From Octopus vulgaris (Eukaryota), in the NCBI GenBank assembly GCA_951406725.2, contig OX597814.1:38006001-38070000 (forward strand): a stretch of DNA of 64,000 nt, given 5' to 3'. Shown piece after piece: positions 43,300-59,244 of the stretch. The translations under genes were made by a program, and so were the position numbers. The notes beneath the pieces were generated by a model. The model did no database searches and was not told the DNA's origin. It worked only from the letters and a program-made list of their open reading frames with translations. Position 1 is the stretch's first letter. Each line of letters begins with the position of its first letter.

Positions 43300-43799
43300 C
43301 AGGAATGACACTACCTGAGGCGGCCTGTAGGTAGAGGACAGGAAGGATGCAGGGCTATATTTAAATAAAAAAACACGGGACTAATATCGAAAGAATTGTG
43401 AAACGTGAATGTATTGGGACATTTATCAAAATGGAAATGGTATGAGAAATCTCGTGAAATAAATCTGAAACAGGGAAAAGGAAGTATACCATTAAATACA
43501 CGAGAATGAAAACTGCTATAATCAATTTATAGATCAATCGATACATAATACTAAGATTACTGAACTATATCAGAATTTGTTTATCATTTATTCTGTCCTT
43601 TTTTTACTCCCAAATTTCATAAAGCCTACATAGATCGGTTTTGCTTAACAAAGTAACGAGATCGTACACACAGCAACACCTATAGTGAAGCGGGAGTGGG
43701 CAGCAAGCACAACACAAAGATACACACACGCGTGTGTGTGTATATATACAGAGAGAGAGACAGGCAAACAGAGAGTGGGAGAGAGAGAGAGAGAAACAG

Positions 43800-43837
<38 letters not shown>

Positions 43838-43864
43838 ATGTATGTGTATATATATATATGTATG

Positions 43865-43935
<71 letters not shown>

Positions 43936-43978
43936 ATGTATGTGTATATATATATGTATGTATATATATATGTATATA

Positions 43979-44138
<160 letters not shown>

Positions 44139-44140
44139 CA

Positions 44141-44283
44141 GGACGGGCCACTTTAAGCTACAAAATCCTTTCACAAGATTGAGATGGCCTGAGGCTATAG
44201 TAGAAGATACCTATGGTGCCATGCAGTGGGACTTGATTCGGAAACACGTAGTTCGGAGACAAGCTTCACACCACACTGCCCCT
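44141..44283 (-). mobile_element. SINE family A, 5' half
   Basis: gacgggc..gaggctatagtagaagatac..ggtgccatgcagtgggact. Confidence 0.7.
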
Positions 44284-45239
44284 CCAGCGCCATTATTAGT
44301 TGTTTTACTATACTATTGCTCAATGGTGAATATTTGCTCATAGAGGGAAACCAACTTTATAAAAATATATCTTTTGTGAAACAAAAGCTTATTAATGATG
44401 CAATATGTGAAAAATAAATTATATAAATAACATTATTTATAACTTCAAAACTATTATCATTTGTATTATTATGATTGATATTTTGTTTTGTAATTATACT
44501 TTTCATCTATCTTTAGGCGGCCATTGAAATCACTAGTACGTATTGACTGTTTAACTGTGTTTAAATTAAAACTTTGAAATTGCTTTTTTTTCCTACTTGG
44601 TTACAAAACTGAACAGGATTACTATCGTCATGAACTTCTAACTCTCATTTTGGTGTCTGCACTCGGTTGGGAATTTGTAAAGTATTTCTCTGGGTATACA
44701 AATAAGTGGAAATATTTGAGAAGGCACAGGAGGAAGTTGACTATACATTGGAACATACATTTTTCTTCTGCGTTTCATGTCTAAGGCCTCACCATTCTTT
44801 CCGCTCTCATCAATAATCTCATCAATAATCTTAATGCCGACTCTGTAACTCAAAGTAAAAGAAACTAATGCAAACAATAGCAACAAAATCAACTAACGCA
44901 ATGGCAATAACAACAATGGTAAAAAAAAAGGAATAGACGTTGTCAGTGACACCAACACAATCGCCATAACCAACACTACTCTAAAACAGCAGAAATGGAA
45001 ATAACTATATCAATGGCGACGACGAAGACGATAACAATGACAAAAGTGCAGAGAGAAACACCATAGCAACAACATGAATCGTAACAACACTGGTGTCTGT
45101 CACAACAACATTGATAAAGGGAGAAGTAAATTATAAAATTAACTACAGCACCCACGCAGTGCCAATACAACCGACGCAACCAATACGAATACAACACCAT
45201 TAATAACGTAAGAATCAAATTATCTACAACTCCCAGTAT

Positions 45240-45900
45240 TATGAAAAGGATACTTCGACAGAATCACGACTGCTACCGGAATATGAAAATACCCTTCGGG
45301 GAGATTTTGGCATAAAGCAAATAGACCATCGAGTCAATTAAGTGCAGGCGATGGAGGCGTTCGTCATCAAACGATGGTATCTATCCTTAGAGAGGACTAT
45401 TAGAGTTTATGATGTTTAGTACGGAAATTTTAATAGTAAATTCTAGACAGGATATTACATGATACTTGGGAAAGTGAAGAACGAAATGGAAAACCATGTT
45501 ACAAGCGAACCATGTTACAACTCAGTCACAATACTGTCGGAATGATCAGAACGTACAAATGCTGCTCAGTTTCAAACGGGTGTGTGTAGCTTTTCATGGG
45601 TAATTGGCAAGTCATTTTATTGGCGTTCCCAGACGAGCTGATGGACATTATTGACTACCTACAAAAACGGCTCTCGATTGGGGATACAGGGTTTTAGGAA
45701 AAGCCGATAACAGCGGATGAAATAGAGGAAAAGATAACAGTCAGTACGACGGAGAATTTGGTGAAGCTAGATGGCTTGCCAAGCGTCATATACCACATGC
45801 TGGTTCGGGAGTATCCTTGCATTTGTATCCTGAAACTGGAAAGAGAGAATGGAAATTACAGTCTTGTGATGAATCATGCATGGTGGAGCTGCTGAGAACT
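45240..45900 (+). mobile_element. Heavily decayed L1/Tx1 ORF2 fragment (pre-RT region)
   Basis: EKPITADEIEEKI..KLDGLPSVIY resembles the PIT.EEI..KSPGLDGLP.E.Y motif. Confidence 0.5.
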
Positions 45901-46124
45901 ATGGAACACGAACAAAGGGGATGGTTTTAATCCCTTTATGCCCAAAATTACCGTAATTACACAGTTGAAGATTACAGCCAAGCTAAGGGACTAGCCTTCA
46001 CGTTCATGCTCTCTAAGATTCCTTTAAGTCTGCACGATCTTAATTCATATTCCCTTCGCTGTCGATAAAATTAGATGCAAGTACACAAAAATAATTTGCT
46101 GGCCTTGAGCATAAATTTCAATCG

Positions 46125-46143
46125 ATTATTACTATTATTATTA

Positions 46144-46230
<87 letters not shown>

Positions 46231-46247
46231 TATCATTATCATTATTA

Positions 46248-46332
<85 letters not shown>

Positions 46333-46388
46333 TACTATTATTATTATTATTATTATTATTGTTATTATTATTATCATCATCATTATTA
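46125..46388. repeat. (TTA)n microsatellite
   Basis: Direct inspection. Confidence 0.95.
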
Positions 46389-46389
46389 A

Positions 46390-46775
46390 CAACCAACATG
46401 GTGATCTCATTACAAGGTAAAGAACGGGTTGAGTAGCTCATACCATTCGCACGGACCCTGAATGAGGCCTCTTTAAGTATGTTGAACAAATGTTTCCAAA
46501 GGTGAATTATTCAAACCCCAAAGAATGCTTGTCACTACATAGCTATCGTTCTCCACCACTACATCTGTTAGTGATCAGAGGCGCATATATTGCCAGCTAA
46601 TAAAGGACATTTCCCGCTGGTTAGGTTCAAACAATTGACAGGTGAATCTGTGGTATTGAGTAGAATATTTGCTGTTGCTTATCTTTTATACCAAGACAAA
46701 TCATGTACGCGATAACACTTCCAATCAGTGAAGATAAGAAACCATGAGAGCCAGTGTCTGGTACTGCATCAGGAT
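46390..46775 (-). mobile_element. Second copy of the unclassified repeat at 7037-7497
   Basis: Pairwise similarity; (TTA)n on both sides. Confidence 0.65.
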
Positions 46776-46854
46776 AATTATTATTATTATTATTACTAAA
46801 ATTCCGCCGAGGTCGACTTTGTCTTTTGTCCTCTCGGGGTTGATAAAACAAGTG

Positions 46855-48150
46855 CTGTTCGCTGTCTCTTGTTTCTCCACGTTTTTCGATCCTTCAGTCA
46901 GGGAAAGTGCTGTTTATTTTTCGCCAGGGAAAATAGCAGTGTTACTGCAGATAGTGGAGGGCAGTCTACTCCAATATGGCCTTTTTGATCACGCATGAAA
47001 CATCAAAATGTCCTGCCCTCCACTAACACCCTGAATTCACTCTCTTGGCCTATCCAAATGATGTCAACTTTGTTCACTAGCACTTCTGGGGAGACCTGGA
47101 TGATCATTTCAATTTCTTGCACTTGCTAGTTGCTTTGCGGGATTTTGATAATTTGGAGATTGGATATTTCATCCGCCATCCATATTATAATAGCTGCCAC
47201 AATGCAGCCAACCTCCACTTCCGGCGGTATCTCCTCCACCGTTACTCTGAAAGTACGTCTCTCATGTGAGTTGGGAGAACACTACCTCCACCGTATTTCT
47301 GGAGACCATAGAATAATACTTGGTCCTTTCTCCTTCTTTAAACTGCACCTCCACTGTGGTCTACTTGCTTCTTCTAGTAACGTGATGTCGCTCCATATGT
47401 CTTTCACATATTTTTTCGATTTTTTTCCTTTGTTACAATCGCCATCCTTTTCTCTTCCAAATCAAACGCTTTATCCACAATTGTTCATTTTCTTTTACTC
47501 AATGGCTTACATCCTTTGGCGGGTTCAGAACAATTTCGTGCGCTTCTCTTATTAAATCATTCAATTTCTCCAACTCGTCCTTACTTGTTTATACTTTCCC
47601 TCTCGAATTACCAGCTACTGTTGCAAAAAAAAATTTCTCCCTTCATCTTGTTGGTGCTATCAATGCATCCCAGCAATTCCTCCGGAGATAATTCTATGTC
47701 AAAATAAGACTACATACTAACACAACGCTCTCCCCCTCAAGCCAAGGGGAAAATGGTAAAAAAAAATCCACAAAAAGGTAGACAAAACAACAGGATCACA
47801 CAAAATCTTTTAAGATATTTTCAACAACATTTAACACTAACAACACCTTTCAACCATGAAAGATAACACTAACCGTTGAGAAAAATATTTTACGTTGTGT
47901 AACTAACACGGACTTCCAGCGTGAACCAACTCGACACGTGGACAATAGTAAGTAGTATTTGTAGTTCGTTCACACAATAAAAAGGGCTCCAAAATCACAA
48001 TGCCTACGATATAAACAGTCACTTGACTACAAAAAATTAATTTTTCGTCTTCGCTTGGAAAACCAGAGAGCTGTGTTCTCGCGTCGTAGGAACGAGAAAT
48101 CATCTGAAATTATCTGAAATTAGCGTCGTAGGAACGAGAAATTAACTGAA
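46855..48150 (-). mobile_element. L1/Tx1-type 5' UTR and ORF1 remnant
   Basis: Minus strand EFRVLVEGRTF*CFMRDQKGHIGVDCP (degenerate CCHC knuckle, about 46955-47040); duplicated gcgtcgtaggaacgagaaat near the putative 5' end. Confidence 0.55.
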
Positions 48151-49200
48151 TATAATTTGCTTCGTTTGTTAAATTATTATTATAATTAGTTTAAGAGACA
48201 AAATACCTTCAGGTGTTTTTTAGACTATGTAAACATTTTGAGAGGAATAGGAAAATATAATTAGCTACAGATTCCGTTGCATATTCATCTTGCGACAATT
48301 CACCGCGATATGTTACCACATTCAATATACAAAACTTACTATATGCAGTTCAAAATATTTTGAATGGTACGACACAGAAACCAGAGAGTCTAGATAACTA
48401 TGAATCTAATAGAGGTAATGTTTCATGGCAAGTCTGTTCTTATGCTCAAATCTTCCATAAAGTATTAATTTCCTTAAAGGCAACTGCAGGTGTAAGATAC
48501 AATTCCTTATTTTACCTTTAACTGTGGACTAAATAGAGAAGGAAATTTTGGTCAGATTTCTATGTTAAATTCCATAAATAAAAATTTTGATGTATAAAAA
48601 TCAGTGCAAATTTGATGATAAGTTTAGATCATTTCCTTCAGGAAATACATAACAAACCCTTTCAATGCGTTAGCTATAATATACTGGCTTGCTTTACATT
48701 TAAAAGAATATATGTATAATTTGCTTAATACTAAAATACACTGCACGGAGCGCTTAGCTTCAGTGCACTTCACATGTGACAAATATTAAATAAGGGCGTG
48801 GAATAGGCCAGAGGGAAGTACTCAAGTACATCTTCAAATATCAAGATATCTTTAAATCTACATTAAAAGTTAAATGCTTTCCAATTACCACGATATTCCT
48901 TTAGCGCTATAAGGCATTTATGAACGGATATATAAAGAGAAAATACAAGCACACACAAATGCGTATTCATTTGATCTTGCATGTGATATTACTTGTATGC
49001 GCAGTCTGTACACAAGTGTGTTCGCATGATTATACATAACCATACATTTATACAAACAAGTAAACACATAATTACAGTCAATCATTACATGTATACAGGT
49101 AGACAGATTCACATGCATACACACACAAACACGCACACATATGCTGAAAGAGAGTGTGTGAGAGAAACAGTGTACGTCAGAGAGTGAGAGAGAGTATATA

Positions 49201-49231
<31 letters not shown>

Positions 49232-51949
49232 TACATACATATAAATACGTGAGTGTGACTATGGATGGTAACTGCAAACATATTTGTAAGAGTGCTTTTG
49301 CTTACGCATATTCAATATTATCTGTATTGAAGGAGTTTCCTGAAGTGTTTTTAACGTGCAGTTATTCGAAATATTTCCTTGAGGTACACACACAAGCTAT
49401 AAGGAATTCAACTGCTTGTATAGCATATAATGCAATTTTGCAAGCTTAATTTCGACTAAGAAGACACACAAAATACTAACAAATCAATCCATTGCATCTC
49501 TAATGAATAGTGTCAAATTCTTGTTAGATTTTCTAAGGCCCGCATTATCAAAGACAAAAATTGTATGCAATGCTAGAACCATAATTTAGATTTTATGCTT
49601 AATTACATACTAACATTTGTCAATTTGTCCTCAATAGTGGATCTTTCCTGAAGTGTTGCAGTTCTCATCAAGTTGCCCAAGTAAGCCGACTGTTCATTCA
49701 TTCTACCTTATTCAATGAAAATAAAATATATTTGGTTTATGGATTTATCTACTTTATTATGATTACTCGGCTTCTCAATGCATTGAATATTTATAGTTTT
49801 TACCATTTTGCTAATTCGAACCTAAAAGACAATATTTTATTAAAGGATATTATTTTCAGTCGATTCACTGTTGAGAAGTATTATTTGAGAAGTGGTAACG
49901 GTTGGTGTCATCATTGGTTGTACGATTTTAAACCTAAGCTCATTGGTTATAGTAATTGTTGCAAATATTCGGTATCGAGAATGCCAGTTCTGGGATATAT
50001 TACATTATAGTTTGAGGTATTTTCCATGGAAAATATCCATATTAAGGTAGAATTGAATACGAGTTCTCATCTAATCGGTATTTAATTTGTTGATGTATAT
50101 GGAATGCAGAATGAAAGACAATACGTTTATAATTATAATTATACTGTACATATTTCAGCCCATATAAATTAATCATTTGTGTAATCCGAACAGACATCCT
50201 ACAAAATATTTTTTTCCGTTTCTCATATCATGTATGAGCTCCAAGTAATTGCTTTTGTCCACCATACTCTATGAAGTCATATAAGAATATTCGATCATCT
50301 AGAAATAAGCTCCATCTTTTGCTAGCATTGTATGAGAATTTTCTACAACAAGTAACATTTCATCCTCGAATATAAGTTGTTTGCATCACATGACTTTCAT
50401 CTGCATTTCACCTACATGCTGGATCTTGGCCAATGAAGTTATGTAAATTCATGCGCGGATATATTTCTGGTAGCGCAAATTATTGTACCTGATTTAATAT
50501 GAAAGCAAAATAATCAGGATATCAACACGGAAGCTGATCGATATGTACAACTGTATATTCTAAATGTACACACGTGACACACAATACTATTCATGAGGGA
50601 AAGGAATGGTTACACGTACTACATGTTATCCGTTATTTGGTCCCCTTCCATAAACATTTCATTTTCTTATATTTTCAACACCAACAGTATGATTTTTTTG
50701 TACATTATTTGCATACAGATTTTCTTATAATGCATTGTTTCGCTGAGTATGTGTTATGAGCCTCACTGTTTCCCTACCTGTATATTCCTTTCTTTTTTAA
50801 AGCAAATGTTAATAAATAATGGATATGAACAACTTCCATCAACTTTAATTTGTATGTGGTATTTTCTCGCAATAAGGTGATGTTTTGCAATCTCGGATAT
50901 TTCAAATGCTATATGTAACGAATACGCGTGCAAGATGTATTGTGCAATATTTATAGTGTATCAATAAATCAAATTTCGTACGCTTGTTATTCATGTCTAC
51001 AACGTTTTCATATTTACACATATTCTGCTCATTTTGTAATAAAGTTATTAAATCTATATATTCAGATATGCAATTTGTTAAATTGCTACGTGCAGAATTT
51101 CCAATATTCAATTTATTGGCCATGTTTTTCATTTAGACTTATTCATTCATTCGTGCTCAATATTTACGTTAGCCTTTCGTGATTACTTTTCCCTTTATTT
51201 TTTTTTTATAAATTTTTTGAATTTTTCATTTTAGATATGTAGCCTGCATGTTGATCGTGATATAAATATATTATGTAATCTGTCTTTATTTGTATTTCAG
51301 GGCCATTGAATCTGGTAGACTGTATGCAAAAGATTTTAGTTATGCGTTAAAATTTACCACTTGCCTGATTAGTTTAGTGGTTTAATTTTATGTGTTTTCT
51401 TGCTTAGTGGATTTAACTTATTACATAAAACCATAAAAAAATACTACAGACCTAGATACAATGAGAATTTTTCATTATGACATTACCTGAACACCAATCC
51501 GATTTTGGTGAAATTTGTACAACCTCCTATCTCCATTTCATGAGTAATCGCATTCGAATGGTTGTATAATTTAATTTCTGCACAACATTGTATAGGTATG
51601 GCAACGCTCCTCCTGAACAGTTTCTTAGCCACAAACATCACCGTCGTGATCATATATGGTAATGTCGCAAATAAATATTAAGGTGCTTTACACTAACATG
51701 GACACATGCACTGCGTGTCCACGTTGAAATACTATACGCGAGGAACAAAACACTCTCTTCCTCAAAAATTCAGCATTTTTTCAATCTCTATTTTAAAACA
51801 AAATATGCAATAGTCTATTGTGTTTTCACTAAAGACAATATACGAGTATTGATCTTTCCACCTGTCAAAATATCGTCATATTGCATATATGGACGTTGAG
51901 GCACACTGAATTGTCAACAACTTTTATTTCCCTACAATTGTGCTGAGCA

Positions 51950-52900
51950 CATGAACTTCCGATGTATGGGTCTTGCTTCCGTGTTCGTCAAAATAAAGTG
52001 CCGGTATCCTATGTTTAGTCAGGTTGTCGCACACGATCATTGCATCACTCAGGATTTCGCACTTCTCATTTCCTTCTGGAGTTTGCTCATACTATGTCTT
52101 TGCTCTTTGTAGGTCGTGATTTCCACAGAGCTCCCAATGGATCATTCTTGACTCATTTTCATGGCATCTTTTGTATTCGCGTTGTGCCAATTTCAGGCAT
52201 TCGCTAACTATGTGCCATACCGCTTCACCCCTCTCACCACAGTTGCTGCAATTTTTGCTATCAGTTGTGTTGTCTATTCTGCACTTCATGTAGCTTTTTC
52301 CTGGGTTGCACATATGAGTGATTCTGTCTCTATCTTCAGGTCACCTCTCCTCATCCATAGACACTAGTCCTCTGTATCTGCCTTGATGTTCACATCTCTT
52401 TCAAATTCACTATTTATTTTCGTTTCTCTCCATGACCTTTTTATGTTAATTTCTTGTTTAAACCTTTCTTTAGTTACACACATTTGAGCTTTGACGATGC
52501 CGGCCTTCTTCGTGTGTTTCAGCAGTGGTTCCATGGAATTTTTTATACACCACACTAGGCTGTTTTCCTCTGCGATGATACATTCCTGGCAACTGATCAA
52601 ATCTTTCCCAACCTTACATCTAGATGAGTACAGTCGGTGTCGCTCTTAGGATGGAAGGTTTCGTGTACTGGCAACATCTTTCTGGTCTTGGTATCAATTT
52701 TCTTCATTTCTTTGTATTGCCATTTCGTAATTCCCGCTCCATACTGAGCGCACACCGACCTCTGTCTTCGGAAAAACACCATCCTCAGTTGCTCTTTCAT
52801 TTCGTTTCCGTTAATCTCGTTGAACTCCAGTACAGCAAGGTATTTCTATCCTTTTGTTTGAATTTGCTTAATCAAGTCTCTATTCGGTAATTCTATTCCT
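51950..52900 (-). mobile_element. Decayed R4/Dong-like RT-RLE non-LTR retrotransposon fragment
   Basis: YGAGITKW..IDTKTRKML..FHPKSDTD; CSNCGERGEAVWHIVSECLKLAQREYKRCH..IHWELC; YEQTPEGNEKCEIL..KHRIP. Confidence 0.85.
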
Positions 52901-52911
52901 TGTAGGGACTG

Positions 52912-52936
52912 TATTATTATTATCATTATTACTACA

Positions 52937-53026
<90 letters not shown>

Positions 53027-53160
53027 ACTACTACTACTACTACTACTATTATTATTGTTGTTGTTATTATTATTATTGTTATTGTTGTTGTTGTTGTTGT
53101 TGTTATTATTACTATTATTCCTCGTCGCCGTCATCGTCGTCGTCGTCATCATCATCACCG
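52912..53160. repeat. Compound trinucleotide array (TTA/TAC/TGC/TTG/TCG/TCA)
   Basis: Direct inspection. Confidence 0.95.
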
Positions 53161-55515
53161 TCAACATTATTAAAATCACTACACCTGCGCTTCCAAAACT
53201 AACGTTGTTGCAAGAAGCTAACTAGTGGTCTATAATTCATGTATTTGTTAAATATTCTCTAAGTGACTAAATCTTAATTGAAAATGCGTAAATTTACCTT
53301 CCTGTAACACTATAATATTTCATAAGTGGATCATGTTATTCTTCATGCTTTTATCATCTGGAGATGCCTACAGATAAAATTGTAGATATTGGTCTCCTTA
53401 ATTGCGAGAGATGTTTAATAATATGCATTGCATTTGTGTGTCATAAATTTAATGTCACTAGTACGGTGATTATATTTAGACGGTAGGTGTGATATAGTAG
53501 ATTTAGCTTCGGTTTTATGAGTATGAAAACAGAATCATTAAGTGCATGTGAAACATTTGAGATGTAAATATTTTGAAGAGTGTAAATGCTTGTATATATA
53601 TTAAGCAAAGTACATTGTTCAAGTAAACAATTAATGCAGTATGATATGAAAGTAGCTGAACCTTCTCTATTTATCTATTTTGAAATGATGGATATTCGAA
53701 GAAGATGAAGAAAAGATTGAAGTGTATACGAGTTCTAAAGAACGAACAGAGGACTATTTGGCAGAGGGAACAGAAAAGAATAATGACCGAAAGACAAGGA
53801 TAGATTAATATCTGGCGTGACTTATGAACCAGTTAGTGAAAGGAAGCGGCGGTAGTCACATGTGATTTAAATATATGTGGTGCTCAAATCTTCGTTGCTC
53901 ATGTAAACATATACATAACAATATACACAATGTATACTTACAAAGACATACACGGTCACACACACACACACATATATCTATTATACACACATGCACACTG
54001 ACACAAAATCATATAGTTATTAATCGCAATATAGAACAAAAAAGGAAAAAGTTCAATCGTCTCAAATTGTAACTGAGGATGCTGTGTAGCTACTATATTA
54101 CTAGAAACAAGAGTTAAAACACTTCACTGACAAAGCTTCATGCAGCACGGAGTTTTGTCAGTGAACAGATCGTGGTTTCATAGCGACGAAAATATTTTGG
54201 CGCAAATAAAATTTAAATGTTGAAATGAAAGTAACGATTTCTGTGTGTTCTTGAATATTTATTAAAGGAAGAGGAAACAAAACCAAAGCAGGACGAGTAT
54301 CTCAAGTCATTTAGAATATTTAGAGTAAGGCAATTCAAAAAGTGATAAGTAGATGTAATTAATGTTATATCCGTTCCTGGGATATCCCAGGTGATAGATG
54401 AACAGCTCCATACACTGGGTATTCCTTCATCTGAGATATGGTGCACACAGAGAGAGAAAAACCGTGAAAAAACGAGAGAGTGAAATTGATTGATAGGTAG
54501 TTAGCTAGCTAGATAAATAGATATTTGTGTGAAGTAAACGTTTCATAAAGTTTTACAGGATTAATATTGATAGTGAATTCGAAGTTGCGTCTTATTAGTC
54601 TTCGTTAGACTGTATGTTCATATGCATATATGTCTTTGTGTGTGTGTGTGTGTGCGTAAATGTGTGCGTTTGTGTGTGCATGTATTTTTGCGAGCGTGCG
54701 TGTGTGTTTGTGAGTGAGAGAAAGAGAGACAGAAAGAGAATGCACATGTGTATACATACAAGTACTACACGTGCATAAATATAACGAATTTAGTTCCATT
54801 TTAATATAGATTTTCAATAATATATATTTCATTATTATTTAACCGTGAATTAGTATAAATTAGTGATTATATTCCCTGGAAGATTTCATGAATCAAAATT
54901 GTCTAATGCCAAACCTATTTGATTAATTAAAGTTACAGAATTGAATACAAATCTTCAACGAAGCAATGTAAATTGCAACAGCGCTACATTTGGCAATATA
55001 TTTCGAAACAACCATCTTCAAGTAATTATACGTGATAGACCTTTTCATTTGCTGATTCCATAATAATCAAACGAATTCCCAACATTATGCGATCACTTTA
55101 ATATCATTACCGGCCCCCATTATAGATGCACTTGACAATAAATGAAAGTTACACAACAATAAATTATATTTTATGTTCAATCTTTCTTTCTCATTGCGGT
55201 CGTTATAAAATGGGAACTCGATTATCTTGTGAATGACTTCAAGAATGGAATAGCAATTCCAAACCAATGATGAAATGGAGTTTCACTCATTAATCTTATT
55301 GAATACCGAACATTTCTAAATATTTCTATCTGCACACATAATCTCCTCCGTTCATTGTCTTCCTCTCTATTTACACGCATATGTATGGACCTATCTATTT
55401 ATGCATATATTTGTCTAACTGACTATCTATACATAGGTATATATATAAATATATATATGTATGTAAGTATATATATGTGTGGGTTTGTATGCGTGTATAC
55501 ATGTGTATGTTCATA

Positions 55516-55590
<75 letters not shown>

Positions 55591-56519
55591 TATATACATA
55601 TATATGCAAACACACACGTCTACAACTTTGTATGTGGGCGTTTGTGTTAACGAACAACTTACAAATATATTAACTTAGAGTCAGTTATTAGTTTAATAGA
55701 AACACAATGCTATGTATAACTATGTAAATAATAACACATGTATACATGCATAACTATACGCTAACAAATTGCACACAAATCAAACACAGAAGCACGCATA
55801 CTTATATACAAACACAGACATATTCCCGTGTGTCTAAAAATTAGCGACCTATTATGAAGCACTGAATGGAATATAGTTATGTGTAAATATATGAAATATG
55901 CATTCCGATAGGGATAGAAATTATGGAAGTAATATTAACTGCACATAGAACATTCTCTTTATGAACATTGAAAAGCACACGAGTGCTCCCTCTATGAGAC
56001 CAGCAAACCTCATGAATTGTGTTTCTGCGTTAGGACGCTTCATCAGATGCGGATACCGAGCAGCGGTTCATAGTTACGCTTTTCATATATTAGAACAGCA
56101 AACTTTTATTTGTTTTTATGACGAAAATTTTACAAAGCTCCAATTATAGAGAGGTGCGTTTAGAGAATATATTTCACCGTGACAAGTCTTTAAGTACATC
56201 AGCAAATCTAATGTTCTAATTTAAGACAGCAGGATTTTGTGGTAGTAACAGACGGCTCGGTTTCCGGTATATGGTGGTAAGCAACTGCATTGGCTATAAC
56301 ACATTAGATAGTTTTCCTTCATTTATCTTTGTTACACTCGTTCGAACTCTCTGGCTTTACAACATGGATTATATCACGATTAAATTATCAACGATAATAC
56401 AATAAAAATATAGGTTGCTGCAAAAAAAGTAATTATGTTGTTTTAAGCAATACGTTTAAAACTTGAAAACGTGTGCGGTGTATGTATATATATATATATA
56501 CACGGAAAGACACAAACGT

Positions 56520-56593
<74 letters not shown>

Positions 56594-56659
56594 TGTGCGG
56601 GGTATATCTACACCCAGGGCTAGACACACACACACACACTCACACACACATATATATTT

Positions 56660-57523
56660 TTTTTTCTTGTTTCAGCTCAGAGCTGCGGCCATGCTGATAC
56701 ACCGCCGTTTTGTGCTACACTGTTATTACGAAGAGCCTCCTCTAATATGTGGCATTGGTGAAGAATGGACTTTGATATAGCTACACTCATTTGCACCTTT
56801 TGCCGTGAGGTAGGTTCATCTGGGACTCTCGACAGGAAGATGTCCAGCTTTGATTTAAAAACCGCTACATCTACTTTGTGCAAGTTCCTCAGACTCTTAG
56901 GGAGGATATTAAAAAACTGTGGGACCTTGAAACCCAGGCTATTGCAGAAGCTGGTCCTGACGTGTGATGGCATTGCTGGGATCTTTGGCACAATGCAGTG
57001 TCGTCCCGTTCTAGCATTGGTGTAGCTTTCAATGCCAAAATTTGGCACAATTCCTTCCAGGATATTCCAGACTTACATTACTGCATAACTCTGCCGTCTT
57101 CTCTCCAGGGAGTAGAGTCTTAGCTGTTTCAACCTTTCCCAGCAGCTGAGCTGTTGCAAAGACCGATCTTTTTTGTGAAACTTCTCTGGATTGCTTCAAG
57201 GTCCGCTGTTAATTTCACACTGGTGGGTGACCATAGCTGTGAGCAATAATCCAGGCGGCTGAGGACGAATGTCCGCCAGAGGACCATCATGGTTTCCTTC
57301 TCTCTGGTTCTGAATGTTCTTGGGATCCATCCAGCCAGTCGTCTGCACTTTGTCGCCATGCTGGTAATGTGCACTTAGAAAGAGGTATCTTCACTCATGT
57401 CGATACCCAGGTCCCTCACAGACATAGGCTCTGGGATTGAAATTCCCAGTGGACCGGTGTATTCTGTGAGTTTGATATTCAGTTTTGGATGCTGGTAGCG
57501 CAGGGACTGGAATTTTTCAGGAT
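56660..57523 (-). mobile_element. CR1-type LINE 3' portion
   Basis: NPEKFQSLRY..VRDLGIDMS..FVLSRLDYCSQLWSP..YSLERRRQSYAVM..FKSKLDIFLSRVPDEP; 3' UTR ggcggtgtatcagcatggccgcagctctgagctgaaac. Confidence 0.88.
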
Positions 57524-57647
57524 TATATATATATGCACATGCATGACGATTAAATTGGCAACGGCATAATTAAAATATATATTGAAGCAAAAATGTAATT
57601 ATGTTGTGTTAAGCAATGCATCTATAACTTGAAAACGGGCGCGTGTG

Positions 57648-57683
<36 letters not shown>

Positions 57684-57760
57684 CATGGAAAGACAAACAT
57701 TTAATATGTATCTGTGTGCATGTGTGGGTGTGCGGTGTATGTGTACACACATGGTCAGAC

Positions 57761-57809
<49 letters not shown>

Positions 57810-59204
57810 AATATGTGTATTTTTATTAAGCAATTATTTGAAAGAACTATAGCAAATTGACTGAAAACACTTTGTGGACACTGGGTACTTTCTCGAAGCT
57901 TTTTTCCGTTGTGCATTTGGAAGATAATCAGGAATCAATCATACATCATAGGAATTTACTTCGTTTATTGCCATCATATCGAAGGCTATATTTGAAATGA
58001 AAGACAATTGAGATGTTTGCATCGAACAAACTCACAAGCGCATGCATATATGTGTGTGTTTGTGTGTGCTTGTGTAAGTGTGTGTGTGTGTGTGTGTGTG
58101 TGTATTAAGGAGAACAGATATTTATATACCCAGATTTTTATGCAGATGTTTTCATCTTTTATTTCGTACCTATACATATTTCTGCAGTAAGACAGTAATC
58201 ACAGTAAATTTTGCATTTGGTATGCATTTTGTTGATAATCATTGCTGCGGCTTCTTCAGTTAGCATTTTTCTGCATTTTCAGATTTCCTCTGAACTAAAT
58301 ACAAGTCCAGCCTGATTTATTCATACTAATACTATTAGTATTCAATAAATACTCTAAATTCTAACATTTTCAACTCTCAAATAACTTGCTGTACGAAAGT
58401 AGTTCAGTGGACCGCTAATGCATTTTTATTATTCTACTAGTTAGGGATAGCGTTCATATTTCGTGTCACGTTACTTGAAATCTCTTGATGCCGTTATTGT
58501 TACTAATCTTATTGTAATTTCTACCTCCTCTACTACAAGTTTTCTTACTATTACTATTGTCTTTCTAACAATGATCTATTGGTCTATTCCTTAATTTGTT
58601 AATTTTAAATTAAGTCAATTTTATTTCGCGATACCTTTAATCTTATTCGCTTGTTATTCTTTTCATTCTTTGAAATTAAGTAAATTTATGTAGGGTTTAT
58701 ATTTATCGTTTTAATTTGTTATTGTTCACTTTACTTCTATTCTAATTTTAGTATTAGGCATCATAGCTATTTATATTGAATACATATATGCTCGGACTGG
58801 TGTGGACATCGTGGTGCCTTCTCGTGTCTGTTGGTTATTAATTTTATTTTGATGTAACTATTTAGCAAATTTCTTCATACAATTCGTAATGTGCACTGAC
58901 CAGCTACAGAAACATATGTAGGTCCGAAATGAAAAGATGTAAATAACTTCATTGAAAATTCGATATATAAACTTCTGTTGTCCTTAATTAAGTTATGATT
59001 TCTTTTCTACCGACAACTTGCACTACATAGAAGGACATTTACCGATGTGATGATGTAACGAGGATCGTAAAATGAACTAACTGGAGTTCATCTACGGTCA
59101 TTGAGGGTGGTCAGAATTATTAACCGGTAAAAACGAATAGGGTACCCGCTAGGATTATGTATTCCTAGTAACCAAATTTGGAAACTTACCTTTAATAGCC
59201 CTCG

Positions 59205-59244
<40 letters not shown>

